A DNA stretch of 64,000 bases from positions 83,928 through 147,927 of the forward strand of contig CAXHMA010000001.1 of the NCBI GenBank assembly GCA_964017825.1, given 5' to 3'. A program made the position numbers and the translations under genes. The number at the start of each line of letters is the position of its first letter. Positions within the stretch are counted from its first letter, which is position 1. Of the stretch, positions 29,407 to 37,097 are shown piece by piece. The DNA comes from an uncultured Alphaproteobacteria bacterium (GTDB taxonomy: Bacteria; Pseudomonadota; Alphaproteobacteria; RF32; CAG-239). Under the pieces are notes generated by a model. That model was not told the DNA's origin, made no database searches, and was given only the letters and a program-made list of their open reading frames with translations.

Positions 29407-30523
29407 TGTATAAATGTCCTCTTAAATTTTTCTCTATTTTATCATAGGGTAAACGGTATACTCCATTTTTATCTTTTTCAAGTGATTTAAAATAGGTACG
29501 GACAAAACCAAGCCCTTCGCGATGTCCGGCAGCCAGTAATCCTGACAGAGTAATATCAAAATCAACCTCTTGTTTGTTCAGAACAGCCTTTACATGCATT
29601 GTCGTTTGTGGCAAAAGGTTCATTCGTTTCAAGCGAATATAATTTAAATTCATCATATCTTTTATCGCTTTTTCTTGGACTTCGTGTGCATTATAAAAAT
29701 CTTGTGCGCTGTTTATACCGTCTTTTCCTAACCAATTTCCCTGCTTGTCAACATATCCCAAATCAATAAGAATCCCCTTACGCATTTGATATTTTCCCAG
29801 TGCCCCTATTCCTCCTCCTTCCGAATTAAAGGCATTATAATTGTTACTTGATTCTTTTTGAGCTAATAAGTTATAAAAATCATTACTCAAATAGTTGTCA
29901 ACGAATCTTAAAGATTCTTTTTGCTCTCCTTTTATCTCCATTGAAGCCAGCTTTTGTTTGGTTTCCGCGATGTGTTTTTGTATGGCTTTGTCCGTTTCAA
30001 AAAGACGGCGTTGTTCTTTTTCCTGCGCTGCGCGTTCTTTCCATTCCTTTTCCAAAGATATGCGGCCTTCTTCACTCATTCGGTGCCACACTTCGGGGGT
30101 GAAGAGCGGCGGGAAGGGAGAGGATGTCAAGCCTTTTTCTTCTTCCGATATTTTTATAAGTTCCGCGTCATCATTCTGATTTGAAAACGGATCAGGCTGT
30201 CCGGAAACAGCACGCAGGTCATTTGTTTGCAGCTGTTGTTTTCGTTCTGCCATATCAGCTCGAAACGCCTCAGTTGTGTTGCGTTGCATGAGAGATTCCT
30301 GCCTTTCAAGCTCACGGGCTGTCGCACGTTCTTTCAATACCTCACCGGCGTAACAGCGTACTGAGCAGTAATCCTGATATTCCTCGTCGGGAATTTGGTA
30401 TTCAATGTCCCAAGGGTTTTCGCCGAAACGGTCGTAATATTCATTGAGTTTTTTCTTGGCGATGGTTTTCGGATTTGGGGTCCCGAATAACGTTTTTTCC
30501 AATTCATCAGCAAAGCTGTGCAT
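29372..30523 (-). CDS. Signal-peptide-less protein with charged coiled-coil-like N-region and C-terminal lytic transglycosylase (SLT family 1-like) domain.
   Basis: GAGGAG RBS before ATG 30523 (the track ORF starts at an upstream TTG); C-terminal QKESSNNYNAFNSEGGGIGALGKYQM ... IKDMMNLNYIRL ... LLAAGHREG follows ES / GLMQ / AYL / AYNAG motif order. Confidence 0.55.
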   Translation of the reverse strand: MHSFADELEKTLFGTPNPKTIAKKKLNEYYDRFGENPWDIEYQIPDEEYQDYCSVRCYAGEVLKERATARELERQESLMQRNTTEAFRADMAERKQQLQTNDLRAVSGQPDPFSNQNDDAELIKISEEEKGLTSSPFPPLFTPEVWHRMSEEGRISLEKEWKERAAQEKEQRRLFETDKAIQKHIAETKQKLASMEIKGEQKESLRFVDNYLSNDFYNLLAQKESSNNYNAFNSEGGGIGALGKYQMRKGILIDLGYVDKQGNWLGKDGINSAQDFYNAHEVQEKAIKDMMNLNYIRLKRMNLLPQTTMHVKAVLNKQEVDFDITLSGLLAAGHREGLGFVRTYFKSLEKDKNGVYRLPYDKIEKNLRGHLYNVEKRLYDFCM

Positions 30524-30669
30524 ATCGTTCTCCTCTATAAAAAAAGACTTCAAACCGCACCGTCCGAAGTCCTGAATTAAAAATCGTATATTATAATAAA
30601 TATACTTTTGGGAGAATGTCAATACTTTCAGAGACAGAGATGTAAATATTTTTTATGGAAAAAATATGG

Positions 30670-30893
30670 CAGAAATTTTGCGAAGCAGCCGCGGGAGCCT
30701 TACCCGCGTTACGCCCCGTTACAGATGGGAAATTTTGCGAAATAACCGCGGGAACCCTGCCCCATTACAGGCGGAAAATTTTGGTAGTGAGCCTGAAATA
30801 TCCGCCAAAGGGCAGGAGTGTACATAAAGGTACATGACTGCCCTGCAGAGCGGCTTCCATTTCAGAACTCAATACCAAAATTTACCCCTGTAA
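30670..30893 (+). repeat. Rep1 copy C (three head modules + core) abutting pyk stop codon.
   Basis: GAAATTTTGCGAAGCAGCCGCGGG, GGGAAATTTTGCGAAATAACCGCGGG, GTGAGCCTGAAATATCCGCC, core GTGTACATAAAGGTACATG, tail GGCTTCCATTTC...AATTTACCCCTGTAA. Confidence 0.75.
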
Positions 30894-32315
30894 TTAAGCT
30901 TTGACGATGTGAAGAACGTTGGTAATCCCCGCCCTTCCGAACGGATAGCCTGCCGTAACGACAATATGCTCACCCGGTTGCGCAAGGCCGGAGACACGCG
31001 CAAACCCGCGCGACACCGTTTCAATGTTATCAAAACTTTCAAAAACTTTCTTGTCAATAAAGGTCTTCACACCCCAAACAAGGTTCAGACGCCGCGCGAT
31101 TTCCTCGCTCGGGTTGATAGACATAACCGGCAAAACGGGACGTTCCTGCGCCATGAGCAATGTTGTTGCGCCGGAAACCGAAAACGTCGCAATGCAGGCA
31201 ACTTTGTTCATCGTGCGCACAACCGTACTTGCCGCATGTGTGATGGCGTGCGATTCATCGCTGTAACATGCCGGCTCGCAGAAACGGTTAACATTTTCAA
31301 AATAACGCGGATCAGCTTCCACATTTTCAATCACGCCGCGCATGGTCCTGACCGTTTCAACAGGATAATTGCCTGCAGCCGTTTCCGCCGAAAGCATAAC
31401 GACATCGCAGCCGTCATAAACCGCCGTCGCCACGTCCGAAACCTCGGCTCTTGTCGGTATCGGCGCCGAAATCATCGATTCGAGCATCTGCGTCGCCACA
31501 ATCACCGGCTTGCCGTACAGACGGCATTTCGCTTCAATGCGTTTTTGCAAAACCGGCACCGTCACAATCGGACATTCCACGCCCAAATCGCCGCGCGCCA
31601 CCATAACCATATCCGAAGCTTTAACAATCGCGTCCAGCTCGTCCAAAACCTGCGGCTTTTCAAGCTTGGAAATAATCCACGCTTTTTTACCGATAATCTT
31701 ACGCGCTTCCCTGATGTCCGAAGCCCGCTGCACAAACGACAGGCAGACGCAGTCCACACCGAGCTTTAAGGCAAAATCCAAATCGCTCAAATCTTTCGGC
31801 GTCAGCGGTGAAATATTCAGCGAAGAGTTCGGCAGATTCACGCCCTTATGTCCGGAAATAATACCGCCGACCTCGACTTCGGTCTCCGCAGAATCTTTAT
31901 TGCATTTTAAAACCTTTAAGATAATGTTGCCGTCATTGACCAACAGCGTGTCGCCGGCTTTTAAAGCTTCAAAAATCTCTTTATGAGGCAGGGTAACACG
32001 AGTCTCATCACCGAGCTCATCCTTCATATCCAACGTAAACTTCTGCCCTTTTTGCAGCAGGACTTTTCCCTCTTTAAACGTACCGATTCTCAGTTTCGGC
32101 CCCTGCAAATCCGCCACAATTGTCGTATGCGCGTTTTTCTTTTTTGCGATTCTGCGCACCGTATCATATGTTTCTTTGTGTTCTTCCTGCGTACCGTGGC
32201 TGAAATTCAGACGAAACCCGTCCACGCCTGCTTCAATAAGGGCTTCAATTTTTTCTTCGCTGTTTGAAGCGGGTCCCAATGTTGCTAAAATCTTTGTACG
32301 CGTACTGATCGGCAT
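30894..32315 (-). CDS. pyk: Pyruvate kinase.
   Basis: 473 aa; PK barrel and C-domain motifs (MVARGDLGVE, TQMLESM). Confidence 0.95.
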   Translation of the reverse strand: MPISTRTKILATLGPASNSEEKIEALIEAGVDGFRLNFSHGTQEEHKETYDTVRRIAKKKNAHTTIVADLQGPKLRIGTFKEGKVLLQKGQKFTLDMKDELGDETRVTLPHKEIFEALKAGDTLLVNDGNIILKVLKCNKDSAETEVEVGGIISGHKGVNLPNSSLNISPLTPKDLSDLDFALKLGVDCVCLSFVQRASDIREARKIIGKKAWIISKLEKPQVLDELDAIVKASDMVMVARGDLGVECPIVTVPVLQKRIEAKCRLYGKPVIVATQMLESMISAPIPTRAEVSDVATAVYDGCDVVMLSAETAAGNYPVETVRTMRGVIENVEADPRYFENVNRFCEPACYSDESHAITHAASTVVRTMNKVACIATFSVSGATTLLMAQERPVLPVMSINPSEEIARRLNLVWGVKTFIDKKVFESFDNIETVSRGFARVSGLAQPGEHIVVTAGYPFGRAGITNVLHIVKA

Positions 32316-32487
32316 AATATTTCTCCATTAGTTACATTCCGTATTTCGCTTTCTTACATATATAACATAAATGTTTAATAACTTATTATTCTTTATGTTC
32401 TCCACAATTATTTCTTGTCAAAAAAAAATATCTTTGCTATGGTGTCAGCCGATATGATTTTGTAATACTAAAAATGGGAGAGACGAC

Positions 32488-32736
32488 ATGTCAGAAAATG
32501 AAGTTGGCGGCATTGACAGCACCAGATTAAATTCGCTTATTGAACGTATTGAACGCCTGGAAGAAGAAAAAAAGGGAATTTCTTCCGATATCCGCGATAT
32601 CTATGCCGAAGCCAAAGGCGTCGGTTTTGACGTTAAAATCATGAAAACAATCATCAAATTAAGAAAGATGAATCAGGCTGACCGCGATGAGCAGGAATTT
32701 TTGCTTGAAACATACCGCAAAGCGCTGAATGTTTAA
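32488..32736 (+). CDS. gapR: GapR-like nucleoid-associated protein (DUF2312/UPF0335), alphaproteobacteria-specific family.
   Basis: LNSLIERIERLEEEKKGISSDIRDIYAEAKGVGFDVKIMKTIIKLRK matches the family consensus. Confidence 0.75.
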   Translation: MSENEVGGIDSTRLNSLIERIERLEEEKKGISSDIRDIYAEAKGVGFDVKIMKTIIKLRKMNQADRDEQEFLLETYRKALNV

Positions 32737-32749
32737 AGTAGACTTTAAG

Positions 32750-32790
32750 TCAAAGAAGCTCTGTCGAGCAAAACAGAGCTTCTTTTTTAT
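32750..32790 (+). terminator. Intrinsic terminator after gapR.
   Basis: GAAGCTCTGTCGAGCAAAACAGAGCTTC + TTTTTT. Confidence 0.65.
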
Positions 32791-32834
32791 CTCTGTTACA
32801 TCAGCCTTTCTGCGTTCATAATTTTATATAAAAT

Positions 32835-32940
32835 GCGGAATTTTGCTTTAATATCGCGGGAGCCCTGCCGGGGAGGAGAGTACATTGAAGTACATGGCCC
32901 GACCGACGACAGGCCCCTCCCGCGAATTAATTTACAAAAT
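32835..32940 (+). repeat. Rep1 copy D, ends 8 nt before stop of permease gene.
   Basis: GGAATTTTGCTTTAATATCGCGGGAGCC, core GAGTACATTGAAGTACATG, tail CCCTCCCGCGAATTAATTTACAAAAT. Confidence 0.7.
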
Positions 32941-32948
32941 GACACATT

Positions 32949-34421
32949 TTATACCGCAACCAACCCTCTGGCCATGGCATAAATCGCAAACAGCGCGGCA
33001 ACCACCAATACACCGGCCGCAAAGCGTTCGCCTGCGGTAAATGCCGGTTCATGCGGCGCGTTTTGATGCCGCGCGTGAATAAAGACCGGAATACCGATGG
33101 CCATAAATATCAACGCCATCAACAAATAGTTAAGACCTGCGGCATATATCAGCCATAAGGCATACAACGAACCTAATACGGCCGAAAGCAACGCAGCGCT
33201 GCGGCGGATGTAGAAATCAGCCGGATATTCATGGTCTTCGCATAATTTCCACAAATACATCGCACTCGCGAAATACGCCGGCAGCACCATAACGCTCGTG
33301 ATGCTGAGCATCGTGTTCCACGCATTGCCCGAAAAATAAACCATAAGCATAAACAGCTGCATCAAAAAGCTTGTCACATAAAGCGAAACTGACGGTGCCT
33401 GTGCGGCATTTTCTTTGGTAAATTCTTTCGGAAACGTGCCGTTTTCAGCCGCTGCCTGCGGAATCTGCGCCGTAACCATGGTCCACGCCAGCCAGCTCGT
33501 CAAAACCGAAACCAGCAAACCGATATTCATGATATATGACCCCCATTTGCCGATAACCGCTTCCAGCACGGCCGCCGTGGAAGGATTAGGAAGTTTGGCC
33601 AATTGTTCCTGACTCATCAGACCATATGGCAAAACAGAAAGCAATACATACACCAGCAAACAACCCGAAAAACCGAGAAGCGTAGCCGTACCGACAGCCC
33701 GCGGATTTTTGGCATGTTTTGACATCACCACAGCGCCTTCAATACCGATAAATGCCCACAACGTCACAAGCATTGTGCCTTCAATCTGCTTTGTCAGGCT
33801 GCCGAGATTGGTTTCCCGCTCACCCCAAAAGTCAAATGAAAATTTATCCGAATTGAAGAACACCATTGTCACCACAATAAAGAACAACAGCGGCACAATT
33901 TTTGCTACCGTACCGATAAGGTTTACAATCGTTGCCTGTTTAATCCCTTTCAATACCAGCGCGTTAAATCCCCAGATAAGGATAGAACCGCCGATAATGG
34001 AATAAAGATTATTCCCTCCGACAAAATAAGGCGGAAAGAAATAGTTCAGCGCATCCATGGTAATAACCGCATAGCCGACATTGCCGCAGATTTGGCACAG
34101 CCAATATGACCAGCCGATTGTAAAGCCGACATATCGTCCGAACCCTGCCCGGCTGTACATATAAATACCGGCAGTCAAATCCGGCTTAACCACAGACAAA
34201 ATGCGGAAAGTATTTGCCAAAAAATAAACGCCGATACCGGTAATCAGCCACGCCAATAAGACTGCTCCGACCGAAGCGCCGGCAGCCATATTTTGCGGCA
34301 GACTGTATATGCCGCCGCCGATCATGGAACTGACCACAACGCCGGCCAAAGCCAAAACGCCGAGCTTTCCTTTATCCGGCTGTGTTGCCGGCGTTGTTTT
34401 AATGTTTTCTTGTTTTGCCAT
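32949..34421 (-). CDS. APC-superfamily amino acid/polyamine antiporter (candidate arginine:agmatine exchanger by context).
   Basis: 490 aa, 12-13 TM, APC-type glycine-rich TM1; adjacent to arginine decarboxylase. Confidence 0.7.
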   Translation of the reverse strand: MAKQENIKTTPATQPDKGKLGVLALAGVVVSSMIGGGIYSLPQNMAAGASVGAVLLAWLITGIGVYFLANTFRILSVVKPDLTAGIYMYSRAGFGRYVGFTIGWSYWLCQICGNVGYAVITMDALNYFFPPYFVGGNNLYSIIGGSILIWGFNALVLKGIKQATIVNLIGTVAKIVPLLFFIVVTMVFFNSDKFSFDFWGERETNLGSLTKQIEGTMLVTLWAFIGIEGAVVMSKHAKNPRAVGTATLLGFSGCLLVYVLLSVLPYGLMSQEQLAKLPNPSTAAVLEAVIGKWGSYIMNIGLLVSVLTSWLAWTMVTAQIPQAAAENGTFPKEFTKENAAQAPSVSLYVTSFLMQLFMLMVYFSGNAWNTMLSITSVMVLPAYFASAMYLWKLCEDHEYPADFYIRRSAALLSAVLGSLYALWLIYAAGLNYLLMALIFMAIGIPVFIHARHQNAPHEPAFTAGERFAAGVLVVAALFAIYAMARGLVAV

Positions 34422-34473
34422 ATTTTTATATCCTCTAACTAAAATTAAACCACTGACTTAGTTAAAAGACGGC

Positions 34474-35055
34474 CTAAACTTTTGCAGCCGGAGCATGTTC
34501 AAAGTTCAAAAAGCCGAGGCAGGTCAAACTGTAACCGAATTGCTGTTCAATATTCAGATAGTTATGGAACAGCTGAAATTCACTGTGTTTTTCCACACCG
34601 CGGATTTCCAATTCGTGGTTAAGAGATTTGTTAAGCCACATTTCGGCATGCCCTTTGGCAATTTCATCATCAATCTGAGTATCAAAAAACTCAACATACT
34701 CGGCAGCCCATCCGCCGATAAGTTCGCCGTTTTTATCTTTACCCCAGCAGATTCCGAGACCTGTCGCAATCGCTTTATGTTCGTCGCGGCTGGCACCGTG
34801 TCCGGCCATAATAACTTCCAATACCGCACCGTGTTTGAACTGGTTGACAACTTTGTCAACAGGAACGATGTTGCCGAATATCTCTTTCGGCAGAACGGAT
34901 GTGTAAGGAACAACGTTAAAGTTTTCAATTTTAGCTTGCAATAATGCAGAGTCATAACAAAAAGTCTCAAAAGGCTGCGGCGGAATACCTTCGTTGGCCT
35001 GGCCGACACCGCCGGTAATAAATGCTAATGTAGGAAATCTTACACCTTCTGTCAT
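34474..35055 (-). CDS. pdaD: Pyruvoyl-dependent arginine decarboxylase (PdaD/AaxB family).
   Basis: 193 aa; conserved block [25 protein letters not shown] resembling the self-cleavage region of archaeal/chlamydial PdaD. Confidence 0.55.
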   Translation of the reverse strand: MTEGVRFPTLAFITGGVGQANEGIPPQPFETFCYDSALLQAKIENFNVVPYTSVLPKEIFGNIVPVDKVVNQFKHGAVLEVIMAGHGASRDEHKAIATGLGICWGKDKNGELIGGWAAEYVEFFDTQIDDEIAKGHAEMWLNKSLNHELEIRGVEKHSEFQLFHNYLNIEQQFGYSLTCLGFLNFEHAPAAKV

Positions 35056-35131
35056 ATTCTTCTCCTTATAAAAAATTAATTAAGCAGGAGAATACATAAC
35101 CTTTAATTTAATTTTTTAAACGCCCCAAAAA

Positions 35132-35968
35132 TCAAACTAGCCTTTTCGCTATATCAAGATACTGCACCGGCGATAAATTTTCCGCCCGCAATGTCGGCTC
35201 AATCCGTAAAGCTTCCAGATGCTCCGCAATCTGCGGAATGCCTTTCAGACTCTGCCTGATCATCTTGCGCCGCTGCCCGAAAGCCAGCCCGGTCAACATC
35301 TGCACTTTCTCCAAAATATCTTTATGCAAAGCCTCTTTTTTCGGCACAAACAATAAAACCGAAGACCAGATTTTCGGCGCCGGAACAAAACACGTCGGCG
35401 GCAGATCAAACAGACGGACAACTTCGCATTGCAGCTGCGAAATAACCGAAAGGCGCCCGTAATCCTTACAACCCGTATCCGCCAAAATCCGGTCGGCGAC
35501 TTCTTTCTGAAACATCAGCGTCAGACTTTTAAAACGCGAAATTTGTTCCAGCCAGCCGGTCAGCAAAACGACGGAAATATTATACGGCAGATTGCTGACA
35601 ATATGAAAAGCGCCGTCCACAGCGGCTTTGCCCGCCCAGTCAAATTTCAGTGCATCGCCGTTCACGATTTCCAACTGCGGATAACCTTCTTTAATTTCTT
35701 TCAAAATCTCAATGCAGCGCTCATCCATTTCTATGACGGTCATCTTCTCGGGCGATTGCCTGAGTACCGCCTGCGTCAGCCCGCCGGGCCCCGGGCCGAC
35801 TTCCGCGACACATTCACCGGCATAAGACGGAAGTTTCTGCTCGGTAAGAGACAAACGGATAATCTTGTCGGTGATGTTTCCGTCCAGCAAAAAATTCTGC
35901 CCTAATGACTTTTTCGCCAACAGCCCGTATTTATCAACAAACTCTTTTGTGCTTAAAATGTCCGCCAT
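35132..35968 (-). CDS. rsmA: 16S rRNA (adenine1518/1519-N6)-dimethyltransferase.
   Basis: KSLGQNFLLD, VGPGPGGLT SAM motif, NLPYNIS. Confidence 0.9.
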   Translation of the reverse strand: MADILSTKEFVDKYGLLAKKSLGQNFLLDGNITDKIIRLSLTEQKLPSYAGECVAEVGPGPGGLTQAVLRQSPEKMTVIEMDERCIEILKEIKEGYPQLEIVNGDALKFDWAGKAAVDGAFHIVSNLPYNISVVLLTGWLEQISRFKSLTLMFQKEVADRILADTGCKDYGRLSVISQLQCEVVRLFDLPPTCFVPAPKIWSSVLLFVPKKEALHKDILEKVQMLTGLAFGQRRKMIRQSLKGIPQIAEHLEALRIEPTLRAENLSPVQYLDIAKRLV

Positions 35969-35976
35969 ACCCGACC

Positions 35977-37083
35977 TTAAAACTTCTTTTCCACCACCGC
36001 GCGGTTGCGCAAATCGCGGATATATTTATTCGCGAGCTCGCCTGTTTTGCGCTCTTCAATAAACTTACGCACTTCGTCTTCCGTCGGGAGATTTTGCTTA
36101 TCTTTCGCCGGATTGTAAATTTTATCCATACGAAAGATATAATAGTCGGCTCTGTATGGTACGGCTTTGGAAATTTCGCCCTCTTTTAATGCCCGTACGG
36201 CCTTATCCAACGGTGCTGCCAGCTGCCCCGGAGCCACCCAGCCGAGCTTGCCGCCCGAAGGTGCGCTTGCCGACTGCGAAAACTGCGCGGCATAAAGCTC
36301 AAAGCGCGGGTCTTTTTGCAAAATGTCCACGAGCTCGCCGATGTGCTCGCCGTCTTTGCGTTTAATCACGATTTCAGAGACCATATATTTCGGTGTATTC
36401 ATGTCTTTTTTAATACGCTCCAACTCTTCCGCGATTTCCCTTTCCGAAATATAAATCCCTTGTCCCTGTTTGCGGTTGACCAGCTTGTTCCATAATAAAT
36501 TTGCTTTAATCTGGTTCATAAAAACATCTTTGCTGACATGATATTCTTTCAACACTGCGGCAAACTTTCCGGCCGGAACGCTGTTGGACTTTTCAAAATT
36601 GCGGTACGCCTGTTTGATTTCCTTATCCGTCACGCCCACGCCCTGTTTTTCGGCTTCCTGAAACTTAATCTTCTCGTCAACGGTATTTTGCAAAACTTTT
36701 TCGGCAACCATTTTTTTATTCTTATCATTAATATGAATTCCGGTTGTCAGGGCAAACAAATTGGCTCTCTCCTGCAAATCTTTGTTTGAGAGCATTTCGC
36801 CGTTGACCGTCGCCACGATTTTCAAACCGTTTCCGAACAAATTATAAGGTCGGAAAACAACCGCCTCCCGCTTTAATTTTGCCTCTCTTTCCATCCGCTC
36901 TCTGGCTTCCTCTTCTGCCCTTTCGCGCATCATTTGTTCATCATCCGCGTTGTTGCGCCGAAACATGATTGATTTGGAAGAAGAGCTCCTGAGTTCCCTG
37001 TCCAAGGTCGACATATCCAAATCTGCCGCCGCCGCATCAAACGCAAACAACATGCTAAGCAAAAACAAGGCTGATTTCATCAT
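35977..37083 (-). CDS. surA: Periplasmic chaperone/parvulin PPIase SurA-like.
   Basis: Signal peptide, charged linker, chaperone domain, parvulin domain (GGKLGWVAPGQL); conserved lptD-surA-rsmA order. Confidence 0.7.
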   Translation of the reverse strand: MMKSALFLLSMLFAFDAAAADLDMSTLDRELRSSSSKSIMFRRNNADDEQMMRERAEEEARERMEREAKLKREAVVFRPYNLFGNGLKIVATVNGEMLSNKDLQERANLFALTTGIHINDKNKKMVAEKVLQNTVDEKIKFQEAEKQGVGVTDKEIKQAYRNFEKSNSVPAGKFAAVLKEYHVSKDVFMNQIKANLLWNKLVNRKQGQGIYISEREIAEELERIKKDMNTPKYMVSEIVIKRKDGEHIGELVDILQKDPRFELYAAQFSQSASAPSGGKLGWVAPGQLAAPLDKAVRALKEGEISKAVPYRADYYIFRMDKIYNPAKDKQNLPTEDEVRKFIEERKTGELANKYIRDLRNRAVVEKKF

Positions 37084-37097
37084 TGTAATACTCCTGT

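Noticed and set aside
30655-31057. Short ORFs (30655..30837, 30869..31057, 16318..16581, 41879..42101) inside Rep1 elements
   Set aside because: They lie within repeat hairpins, lack RBSs, and their reading frames are not conserved between repeat copies.
30909-31769. 286-aa ORF antisense within pyk
   Set aside because: Embedded in pyruvate kinase on the opposite strand; no RBS; biased R/H composition.
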